Source of the DNA: a virus
DNA length: 64,000 nucleotides
IMG/VR virus record: IMGVR_UViG_3300009163_000019
Direction: 5' to 3' (one strand)
The notes beneath the pieces were generated by a model, which saw nothing but the letters and a program-made list of their open reading frames with translations, did not search any database and was not told the origin of the DNA. Position 1 is the stretch's first letter. Each line of letters opens with the position of its first letter. Both the position numbers and the translations under genes were made by a program. Below, piece by piece: positions 40,549-49,134 of the stretch.

Positions 40549-41640
40549 ATGACAACACTAGAATTATATAAGAAACATAAATCCGGAACAGTAAGCCGTG
40601 ATAAATTTCTATACGAAGTTCGTAGAGATAATAATTTACCTTGGGTAACTAACATTACATCTTATGATGATGCAGTAAAAATCCTTAAAAACAAAGGCAT
40701 TATTCGTGAAATGGATGCTAATGTTGCAGTAGATCCAGCTGTTGATCTTGTAAATCCTTATTTCCTTAAAAAAGGAGTTCAATCTATTCTTGCAAAAGAG
40801 AAAGAATTAACTAATGATTCTTATGTAAATGCTCTTAATAAAGCAGCTAAAAATTTAATAAAAGATCCAAACTTCTACGAAGTAGACATGCTAGCTAATG
40901 CGGATGAGATTGAAAAAGCTGATGCTAAACTTCAAATGGAGCCTGTTAAAAAAGACAACTTTAATAATGAAGATCGTGAGATGAAGAAGATTAAAGGTAA
41001 AAATGATGCTAAAGCTAATACTAAAGTTAGTACTAAAGAAAATAAAAAAGGAAAACCAAAAGGTGTAGAGATCATGAAAGAAGCAGTTCTTGATGAACTT
41101 CTTTCTTCCCTTAAAAAAAAAGATTTAGTTAATGAAGATATACATCCTACTTATAATGTAGGTGCCGAAGTATATACTCATAATGGTAAGGGTAAAATAA
41201 AAGAAATTATTGGTAGTACTTTTACTATTGAAATGGAAGATGGCTCTTTAGAAGATGTTCAAATAAATACTGTAGATCATCATACAGAAAAAGCTAAAGA
41301 GGCAGAAAATGAAACCCAACTTAATAAGCATGAATTAGATGCTGCTTGGGCACAAAGAGATAAAGAAAATCCCAAAGTATTTGGTGGAATGCTTGGTGAT
41401 CCTGAATATTGGCAAACACCTTTAGATCCTGAGACTATCAAAAAATATATTGACAAGTATAAGGATGATAAAGAAAAAATAAAACGTCTTTATACTAAGC
41501 TAAAAGAATTAACTATTATAAAAAAGAAAGGCGGTTCTGCAATACCTGGCGCTGTTTTTGGAAGTCCAGGAACAGCAACGCAATATATAAATTCTTTAGA
41601 GCCATCTGCAAAAAGTCAAGTAATACAACAAAATTTATAA
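40549..41640 (+). CDS. Hypothetical head-region protein with an SH3/KOW-like module
   Basis: YNVGAEVYT..GKGKIKEI.GS.FTIEMEDG. Confidence 0.5.
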   Translation: MTTLELYKKHKSGTVSRDKFLYEVRRDNNLPWVTNITSYDDAVKILKNKGIIREMDANVAVDPAVDLVNPYFLKKGVQSILAKEKELTNDSYVNALNKAAKNLIKDPNFYEVDMLANADEIEKADAKLQMEPVKKDNFNNEDREMKKIKGKNDAKANTKVSTKENKKGKPKGVEIMKEAVLDELLSSLKKKDLVNEDIHPTYNVGAEVYTHNGKGKIKEIIGSTFTIEMEDGSLEDVQINTVDHHTEKAKEAENETQLNKHELDAAWAQRDKENPKVFGGMLGDPEYWQTPLDPETIKKYIDKYKDDKEKIKRLYTKLKELTIIKKKGGSAIPGAVFGSPGTATQYINSLEPSAKSQVIQQNL

Positions 41641-42272
41641 TGAACAAACAACTTCTAATAGAATATAATGCATTTAGCCCGCTTCCTCATTCATTAACTG
41701 AAGGTAGAAGATTAGCTAATGGTAATATGGTAGTATCTGGTTTAGTTCAGGCTTGTGACAAGCCTAATGCAAATCATAGAATATATCCATATGGAATTCT
41801 ATTTCAACAAGTTGAAAAATATATTGCAGGTCCTATTGCTGAAAATAGAGCTTTAGGAGAATTAGATCATCCAGAATCTAGTGTTATTAATCTTAAAAAT
41901 GTTAGTCATAATATAATTAAGATGTGGTGGGATGGAAAAGATCTTTATGGAGATATTGAAATACTTCCAACTCCTTCTGGTAATATATTAAAGGAATTAT
42001 TTAGAAATAATATTACTGTGGGAATTTCATCTAGAGCTATGGGTTCTGTTTCTCCTATTGGTGAAGGTCTAGTACAAGTTGAAGACGATCTTGATCTTAT
42101 TTGTTGGGATTTTGTTTCAACACCATCAACATATGGTGCATACATGAAACCTGTTTCTGGATTAAGAGAATCTGTTGATAGAAATATTCAACAAAATACA
42201 AATACCTCTAAGATTAACAGAATGATTTCTGATATTATTTGTTCTCAGTCAGGCATCTGTTGCCTTCACTAG
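41640..42272 (+). CDS. Prohead protease (T4 gp21-like)
   Basis: NANHRIYP, ALGELDHP, VSH, GISSRAMGS, DFVSTPST.GA. Confidence 0.95.
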   Translation: MNKQLLIEYNAFSPLPHSLTEGRRLANGNMVVSGLVQACDKPNANHRIYPYGILFQQVEKYIAGPIAENRALGELDHPESSVINLKNVSHNIIKMWWDGKDLYGDIEILPTPSGNILKELFRNNITVGISSRAMGSVSPIGEGLVQVEDDLDLICWDFVSTPSTYGAYMKPVSGLRESVDRNIQQNTNTSKINRMISDIICSQSGICCLH

Positions 42273-42323
42273 TAAAAATATTTTTGTAAATATTTATTTT
42301 TGCAGTAAATCTACATATTTATT

Positions 42324-42414
42324 GCATATGTACTAATTCTAATATAGTACTACTAGATTACAATCCTATATTGCTTCCTAATCTAATAAGCAATTACAAT
42401 CAACATTTTTACAA
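42324..42414 (+). promoter_or_regulatory. Structured 5' leader of the scaffold-capsid operon
   Basis: Hairpins GTACTA/TAGTAC and ATTGCTT/AAGCAAT, both with TCTAAT in the loop. Confidence 0.4.
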
Positions 42415-43464
42415 ATGAGTAACCTTTACCAGGATGCAATCCTCGATGCTAAAGCTTTACGCGCTAGTGCAATGGCCAACGCAAAAGCCGCTTTAGAAGA
42501 AGCATTTGAGCCTAAGATCCAAGAAATGATGCGTCTTAAACTCTCTGAAGAGTTTGATTCGTTAGAAGAAGATGACAATGGCATAGCTGCCGATGATGTC
42601 TCAACTGATGCTATAAATGACATGGAAGAAGAATCTGTATCTCCAGTAGGTATGGAAGAAAACATGGACATTAATGAAGCTGAACTTGAAGAAATTCTTG
42701 CTCAACTAGAAGAATTATCAAAAGAAGAAGATCAATCACCACTTCAAGAAGCTGAAGAAGCTGATGAGGCTGAAGAAGCTGAAGAAGATGATGAAGATTC
42801 TAAAGAAATTGGAGATGAAACAAAAATCATCGATATTACTTTAGGAGATCTTAAACAAGTACTTCAATCTGTAATGGCAGGAGCTGAAACAATGGATCTA
42901 GGAATGGATCAAGATGTTTCTGATGCAGAAGCCAATGACGCAGAAGCTGAATCTGAAATCTCTCTTGATGAAATTCTAGCTGAACTTGAAATGGAAGAAG
43001 GTAATGAAAAAGCGGGACAGTATGAAGCTGAACTAACTTCAGAAACTGATAACCAATCTTCTAAAAAAGACATGTTTGAAAAGAAGCACAAAAAAGAAGA
43101 AGATGACGGTGAACTTGAAGAAGCTAAAGCTACTATTGAAACACTTCGTCAAAATCTTCAAGAAGTTAATCTTCTTAATGCTAAGTATCTTTACATGAAT
43201 AAGTTGTTTAAATCTAAGTCTTTAACTGAATCTCAAAAAGTAAAAGTTATCAACGCTCTTGATCGTGCTAGTAATGTAGCAGAAGTTAAGAACACTTATG
43301 AAACTTTGAAAGAGTCTTTTAGTGAAACTAAGAAAACTCAACTTAAAGAATCAATTGGTTTTGCTTCACAAGCCGCAGGTATGGCTCCAAAAGGTAATAT
43401 AGTGGATGCAGATCCATTTATTAACAGATGGCAGACACTTGCTGGTATTTCAAAAAGAAAATAA
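42415..43464 (+). CDS. Prohead scaffold/core protein (T4 gp22-like)
   Basis: Highly acidic coiled coil between protease and MCP; EVNLLNAK; C-terminal RWQTLAGI. Confidence 0.8.
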   Translation: MSNLYQDAILDAKALRASAMANAKAALEEAFEPKIQEMMRLKLSEEFDSLEEDDNGIAADDVSTDAINDMEEESVSPVGMEENMDINEAELEEILAQLEELSKEEDQSPLQEAEEADEAEEAEEDDEDSKEIGDETKIIDITLGDLKQVLQSVMAGAETMDLGMDQDVSDAEANDAEAESEISLDEILAELEMEEGNEKAGQYEAELTSETDNQSSKKDMFEKKHKKEEDDGELEEAKATIETLRQNLQEVNLLNAKYLYMNKLFKSKSLTESQKVKVINALDRASNVAEVKNTYETLKESFSETKKTQLKESIGFASQAAGMAPKGNIVDADPFINRWQTLAGISKRK

Positions 43465-43477
43465 AATAAATAAAACA

Positions 43478-45133
43478 ATGGCAAACTTAGTACAATCTTT
43501 ACTAACCGAATCTGCCCAAACAGCATTCTCTGATCAACATGGTGTTGCTCAGAAATTATGCAAGAAATGGGTAAAATCAGGTCTTTTAGAAGGCCTTCAA
43601 GATTACGACAAAAATAACATGTCGTTAATGCTTGAGAATCAAGCTAAACAATTAGTAATCGAATCTTCTCAAACAGGTGGAACTGGCACACAAGCAACTT
43701 TCACAGCTGGTAACGGCGAACAATGGGCTGGTGTAGCTTTACCTTTAGTTCGTAAGATCTTTGGTCAAATCGCATCTAAAGAGTTCGTTTCAGTTCAACC
43801 AATGAACTTACCTGCAGGTTTGGTGTTCTATCTTGATTTCCAATACGGAAATACAAAATCACCTTTTACTGCTGATACTTCTATTTATGGTACTGCAACT
43901 GCAAACTTTGGTAACGCGGCTGCTGGCGGTCTTTATGGAGCTGGTCGTTTTGGTTATTCTTTAAACCAATTCTCTGCTTCTATTGTAGGCCCAACCTCAG
44001 CTTCTGCAACTCAGTTTGAAGTAGATTACGATGCTGCTTATACAGCTTCTACTCCAAATGGTATTGTTAAATTAACTGTACCAACTTCATCATTAAGTGG
44101 ATCTTTAAATTTTGATGGTGTTCGTGCTTTCACTATTGCTACTGGTTCTGGTACTTTTGCTGTTACTGATGTTCTTCAGCAATTTACAGCCGTATCTTCA
44201 AGTGCTGCTGGTGTATTTATCAACTTCTTTATTAACAAAGGATTTTCTGGTAGTACAACTGCGCCTTATATCGTTAGCTATAATAAAGCTACTGATTTTA
44301 ACTCACGTGGTGATTTCGAAGATCGTTCAGGACTTCCTGCAGTTCCTAATAATCAGTCTGCGACTTCAATTGTTATCCCTGATATCAATGTACAAATGAA
44401 GAGCCAAACCATTTCTGCTAAAACTCGTAAGTTAAAAGCACAATGGACTCCAGAATTTGCACAAGACCTTAACGCTTATCATTCACTTGATGCTGAAGCT
44501 GAATTGACTGGTCTTCTTTCTGAACATATCTCTCTTGAGATTGATCTTGAAATATTAGACATGTTAATTCAAAATGCTCCAACTATTGAGTACTGGTCTG
44601 CAAAGGTTGGTAATCAAATTAACCAAAATGCGTCTACTGGATTTACTGCAAACACTGCTGGTGTTTATTATACTCAAATGAGTTGGTTCCAAACTCTTGG
44701 AATTAAACTTCAAAAAGTATCTAACATCATTCACCAACGTACATTACGTGGTGGTGCTAACTTCCTAGTTGTTTCTCCAACTATCGCTACTATCCTTGAA
44801 TCAATCCCTGGATTTGCAGCTGATACCGATGGTGCAGCAGATACTATGAAATATGCATTTGGTGTTCAGAAAATTGGCCAATTAAATAGTCGTTATAAAG
44901 TATACAAAAACCCTTACATGGTTGAGAACGCTATCCTTTTAGGATTCCGTGGTAATCAATTCCTTGAGTGTGGTGCTGTTTACTCTCCATACGTTCCATT
45001 GATTATGACTCCACTTGTGTACGATCCAAATACCTTCACTCCAAGAAAAGGTATTATGACTCGTTACGCAATGACTATGGTACGTCCTGAATACTATGGT
45101 TTAGTATTGGTAGCTGATACCAACGTTATCTAA
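43478..45133 (+). CDS. Major capsid protein (T4 gp23-like)
   Basis: KW...GLLEGL, LENQ, VQPMNLPAGLVFYLDF, AKTRKLKAQWTPEFAQDL, YSPYVPL, PRKGIMTRY. Probable start ATG 43478. Confidence 0.95.
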   Translation: MANLVQSLLTESAQTAFSDQHGVAQKLCKKWVKSGLLEGLQDYDKNNMSLMLENQAKQLVIESSQTGGTGTQATFTAGNGEQWAGVALPLVRKIFGQIASKEFVSVQPMNLPAGLVFYLDFQYGNTKSPFTADTSIYGTATANFGNAAAGGLYGAGRFGYSLNQFSASIVGPTSASATQFEVDYDAAYTASTPNGIVKLTVPTSSLSGSLNFDGVRAFTIATGSGTFAVTDVLQQFTAVSSSAAGVFINFFINKGFSGSTTAPYIVSYNKATDFNSRGDFEDRSGLPAVPNNQSATSIVIPDINVQMKSQTISAKTRKLKAQWTPEFAQDLNAYHSLDAEAELTGLLSEHISLEIDLEILDMLIQNAPTIEYWSAKVGNQINQNASTGFTANTAGVYYTQMSWFQTLGIKLQKVSNIIHQRTLRGGANFLVVSPTIATILESIPGFAADTDGAADTMKYAFGVQKIGQLNSRYKVYKNPYMVENAILLGFRGNQFLECGAVYSPYVPLIMTPLVYDPNTFTPRKGIMTRYAMTMVRPEYYGLVLVADTNVI

Positions 45134-45155
45134 TAATAACAATTAGATATATAAT

Positions 45156-45186
45156 AAAGCCCAACCCTGTAAGGTTGGGTTTTTTA
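45156..45186 (+). terminator. Rho-independent terminator after MCP
   Basis: GCCCAACC-ctgtaa-GGTTGGGT followed by a T-tract. Confidence 0.85.
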
Positions 45187-45223
45187 TTTACTATAACTCA
45201 ATATTTATTTGAAAAGGTATCTG

Positions 45224-45895
45224 ATGGACAATCCAAAAAAAACTGCAAAGAGGTCTTTAAAAAATCCAATTAAGTTCGGAGTAAATTTAAATGAAGAACA
45301 AAAACAAGCAAAAGCGGTTATATTAAGTAATAAAATAACTGTTTTAAGAGGTCAAGCAGGTTCTGGTAAATCTTTAGTTGCGGCTCAAGTTGCTTTAGAT
45401 CTTTTATTTCATCGTGAAGTTGAAAAAATAATCCTAACAAGGCCCGCAGTAACATCAGGTGAAGAGATAGGATATCTTCCAGGAGATAAAGATGCTAAAT
45501 TAGCTCCTTATACAGCAGCTATATATGATAATATGTATAGGCTTTATAATAAAGAGAAAATAGATAAAGCAATACTAGAGGGAGAAATAGAAGTTATACC
45601 TTTAGCATTTATGAGAGGTAGAAATTTATCAAATTGTTGTATTGTAGTAGATGAAGGGCAAAATATTACACATAGACAAATGGAATTAATGTTAGGTCGT
45701 ATTTGTAATGGTAGTAGAATGATTATATGCGGTGATGGCGCACAGATTGATTTAAAAGATAAAAAAATGAGTGGTTTTAATTTCATATGTACTAATTTTA
45801 AAGAGGTACCAGGTTTTAGTATAGTCACTTTGAAAACAAATCATCGTGATCCAATAGTAGAAAAAATTCTTGAAATATATAAAGCACACGATTAA
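45224..45895 (+). CDS. phoH: PhoH-like ATPase
   Basis: GQAGSGKS, LTRPAV, GYLPGD, PLAFMRGR, DEGQN, GD..QIDL, HR. Probable start ATG 45224. Confidence 0.95.
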   Translation: MDNPKKTAKRSLKNPIKFGVNLNEEQKQAKAVILSNKITVLRGQAGSGKSLVAAQVALDLLFHREVEKIILTRPAVTSGEEIGYLPGDKDAKLAPYTAAIYDNMYRLYNKEKIDKAILEGEIEVIPLAFMRGRNLSNCCIVVDEGQNITHRQMELMLGRICNGSRMIICGDGAQIDLKDKKMSGFNFICTNFKEVPGFSIVTLKTNHRDPIVEKILEIYKAHD

Positions 45896-47091
45896 TGGCA
45901 ACAACACAGATATATGATGGTACTCCTATAGCAATTTCTGGATCAACTCCGTTTGGTTTCTATGATAATGATAGTCAATACCAATCAGACGGACCTAAAG
46001 TAGCAAACTATGTTGCAAGAAAATTAGGATACCCTGTAATGGAAGTTGAACTTCAAGATATAAACATATATGCGTGTTTTGAAGAAGCTGTATCTGTCTA
46101 TTCAGAAGAATTATATCTATCTAAAATTAAAGATAACTATTTAAGTTTAGAAGGAGGATCAACTGGATCTGTATTAAATAATACAGTAGTTGTTCCAAAT
46201 CTTAATGCAATAGTAACTATAGCTGAAAACTATGGAGCACAAATTGGCATTGGTGGTTATTCTGAGGTATATAAAGCTCCTTTATATTTAACTGCTGGTA
46301 AACAAATATATGATTTACAAGCCTGGGCTCTTAGCGGAAGTCTAATAGAGCCAGGTGATAGTGTTGTAATAAACAAAATATATTATGAAGCTCAACCAGC
46401 TATTAATCAATACTATGATCCATATATTGGAGGATCAATAAACTATCAAGGTGCAACAGAAAATTTTGGTTGGGCTTCTTATTCTCCTGGATTAAATTTT
46501 GTATTATTCCCTGTATATTGGGATATTCAAAGAATTCAAGAAATTGAAATGTCTAACACTGTTAGAAGATCTGCATATTCTTTTGGAATAGCAAATAATA
46601 AATTAACTATATTTCCTTTTCCTGAAATAGACGGTATTGTAGTTTGGGTTGACTATTGGAAAAAAAGTGAATTAGCTAGTATAAGTGGTAATAGTCCTTA
46701 TGGAAGTGGAACGAGTAGTACTAGCGGTCCATCTTATGGAGGTGGATTAATAACAAATCCATCAAATGTGCCATATACAAATGTTACATATAATCAAATA
46801 AACCAACCAGGAAGACAGTGGATCTATGAATTTACATTAGCTCTTGCATCTGAACTTTTAGGTTTAGTAAGAGGTAAGTATACTCAAATACCTGCTCCTG
46901 GTTCAGAAGTTACTCTTAATGGCGCTGATTTAATTTCTAAAGGAAAAGATACTCAAGCCGCATTAAGAGAAAGATTAAGAGGCGATTTAGTAGATCTAAG
47001 CAGACAAGCTCAATTAGAAAGAAAACAATCAGAGAATCAATCTATTTCAAGTACTTTAAATGAAGTACCCATGTTTATTTATATCGGATAA
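45895..47091 (+). CDS. Neck/head-tail adaptor (T4 gp13-like)
   Basis: RKLGYPVMEVEL, LGLVRGKY, VTLNG, PMFIYIG. Confidence 0.8.
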   Translation: MATTQIYDGTPIAISGSTPFGFYDNDSQYQSDGPKVANYVARKLGYPVMEVELQDINIYACFEEAVSVYSEELYLSKIKDNYLSLEGGSTGSVLNNTVVVPNLNAIVTIAENYGAQIGIGGYSEVYKAPLYLTAGKQIYDLQAWALSGSLIEPGDSVVINKIYYEAQPAINQYYDPYIGGSINYQGATENFGWASYSPGLNFVLFPVYWDIQRIQEIEMSNTVRRSAYSFGIANNKLTIFPFPEIDGIVVWVDYWKKSELASISGNSPYGSGTSSTSGPSYGGGLITNPSNVPYTNVTYNQINQPGRQWIYEFTLALASELLGLVRGKYTQIPAPGSEVTLNGADLISKGKDTQAALRERLRGDLVDLSRQAQLERKQSENQSISSTLNEVPMFIYIG

Positions 47092-47100
47092 ATTTATACT

Positions 47101-47592
47101 ATGGCTTTATTTGGAACTATAAATGACATTAATACCTTTAAAATATTTTCTAGAGAATTAATAGAAGACATTATTTCCCAAGAAATAGGTTATTATAAAT
47201 ATAAATTAGGCGATACTCAATCCAATATATATGGAGAGAGTATGTCTAAATATTTTATAGGTCCTGTATTAATACCGTGTTTAATAGTAAGAGGAGATTT
47301 TAATCAAGAAAGAACAGAATATGGCCCGGATACTATAAGATCTAATACCTTTAGATTTCTTACAGATCATTTAAAAGACGCTAACGTATTTCCTGAAGTT
47401 GGAGATGTTATTATGTATAATGAAGGTTACTATGAAGTAGATAATGTTAATGAGAATCAGTATATTTTAGGAAAAGACCCTCAATATTCTTATAGTCCTG
47501 ATTTAGTTAATTTTGGTGACTCTTACTCTATTATATTAGAAACACATTATTCAAGTCCTGATAAACTTGGTATAGTTAAAGAAAGATTATAA
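47101..47592 (+). CDS. Head closure/neck protein (gp14-like)
   Basis: NIYGES, PEVGDVI.Y...YYEVD; synteny. Confidence 0.7.
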   Translation: MALFGTINDINTFKIFSRELIEDIISQEIGYYKYKLGDTQSNIYGESMSKYFIGPVLIPCLIVRGDFNQERTEYGPDTIRSNTFRFLTDHLKDANVFPEVGDVIMYNEGYYEVDNVNENQYILGKDPQYSYSPDLVNFGDSYSIILETHYSSPDKLGIVKERL

Positions 47593-48848
47593 TGGCAATA
47601 CAAATAGTTAGACCTACTAATAGGCGAGAATTCATGGATAAGTTAGTTGAGCCGTATGATCCAAAATCTGGAAATCCAAATGCGGTTTTTTCTGAGCCAA
47701 CTAAATTAGGTCAGCCTGAAGAAAATAGAGCCTACGAAATAAGCAATAAATCAGAGCCTGAAAAAGAATTCAATATTGGAATAAAAGATATTGATGAAGC
47801 TGTTTATTATTATTTTAATAATATATTAAAATTAAGTGTTGTTCAAAATAATACAAAATTAACCCTCCCAGTTATTTACGGAACTCCTGAAAATTGGAAA
47901 AGTGTTCAAGAAGACGGTTATTACAGAGATCAAAATGGAAAATTAATGGCGCCTCTTTTAATGTTTAAAAGGGGTAGCGTAACACAAAATAGAGGTCTAG
48001 GTAATAAGTTAGATGGAAATATGGCGCATAATATGCAGCTATTTAAAAAAAAGTACACAAAAAGAAATTTTTATAGTAACTTTAATATATTAAATAATAG
48101 AGCACCTGAAAGTAAGTACGTAGTATCAGCAACACCTGATTATATTACTGTTGAGTATGAGTGTATTTTATGGACACATTATGTAGAACAAATGGATAAA
48201 CTTATCGAGGATGTTAATTTCGCTTCCAGATCATATTGGGGTGATCCTAACCGCTTCCAATTCTATAGTTCAATAGAATCATTTACTGATAATACAACCT
48301 ATAATTTAGGTGAGAATCGAGCTTCTAGAACTAATTTTACACTTAGTTTAAATGGATACTTAATTCCAGAGTCACTAAATAAAAGTATGGCTTCCATGAC
48401 AACTGCTTATGGAGCTGCGCAAATAGTTTTTGGTTTAGAGTTGGCCTCAGGAACTGAGGAATTTTCAGTTAAAACAAATAAAGGAAAATCATCTAATATT
48501 AAACCGGTGTTATTATCTGATTCTGTTAATATAGTTAACAATATTACTCAAGGTGGAGCTTCCGATGCTGTAGTTACATATCTTAATATAAATAAAACAG
48601 TTGTTGCAACATTTGTATCAGCAAATACTGTAAGTTTTTCTTCAGGTTGGTTAACAGCACCATCACCACTTCCAGCAACTAGTTTAACTAATTTTAATTT
48701 TTTTGTAAATGGTATGTATGTTGAACCATCAAGTATAACTAGTTTTATAAATTATGGTAGCCTTTCAATTTTAACTATTGATCCGGTATTATTACAATAT
48801 AGTTTTGAATCCACAGATGTAATAATTGGTATAGGAAAATTTAATTAA
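47592..48848 (+). CDS. Tail terminator/completion protein (gp15-like) with a C-terminal extension
   Basis: LPVIYG.PE.W, PDY.T.EYE...WT....QMDKLIE; synteny. Confidence 0.6.
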   Translation: MAIQIVRPTNRREFMDKLVEPYDPKSGNPNAVFSEPTKLGQPEENRAYEISNKSEPEKEFNIGIKDIDEAVYYYFNNILKLSVVQNNTKLTLPVIYGTPENWKSVQEDGYYRDQNGKLMAPLLMFKRGSVTQNRGLGNKLDGNMAHNMQLFKKKYTKRNFYSNFNILNNRAPESKYVVSATPDYITVEYECILWTHYVEQMDKLIEDVNFASRSYWGDPNRFQFYSSIESFTDNTTYNLGENRASRTNFTLSLNGYLIPESLNKSMASMTTAYGAAQIVFGLELASGTEEFSVKTNKGKSSNIKPVLLSDSVNIVNNITQGGASDAVVTYLNINKTVVATFVSANTVSFSSGWLTAPSPLPATSLTNFNFFVNGMYVEPSSITSFINYGSLSILTIDPVLLQYSFESTDVIIGIGKFN

Positions 48849-48851
48849 TAT

Positions 48852-49076
48852 ATGGCAAGGCTAAATCTTAAACAAGTACTTTCTAATTTACAATACAATA
48901 ATACTAATTCTCAATTAGTACTAAGCGGTAGTAATGCTAATAGGCCTGACTTTGTTATATCTGGTTCTACATTTATAACATCGACTGGAAGCAAAACAGG
49001 TTCATTAACTATTCAAAATATAGATTCTTTTGGAGATTCTGGAAGCTTCTTTACTATGGATTTAGGAGACTACTAA
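48852..49076 (+). CDS. Small structural protein
   Basis: ORF track; SGS/TGS-rich; ends in DLGDY. Confidence 0.5.
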   Translation: MARLNLKQVLSNLQYNNTNSQLVLSGSNANRPDFVISGSTFITSTGSKTGSLTIQNIDSFGDSGSFFTMDLGDY

Positions 49077-49134
49077 TATTTATAATCTGACTACATAGTC
49101 AAATATTAGTACATACTAAAACCAACAAAGACAT

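Noticed and set aside
43406-43477. N-terminal extensions of ORF-track calls (MCP 43406; also 18279, 22628, 45209, 56306)
   Set aside because: They overlap upstream genes or promoter motifs. Downstream ATGs have better context and match paralog or homolog starts.
34324-45133. Introns, inteins or stop-codon recoding in TerL, portal or MCP
   Set aside because: The ORFs are continuous and of ordinary length in code 11. TAA, TAG and TGA all serve as stops in the window.
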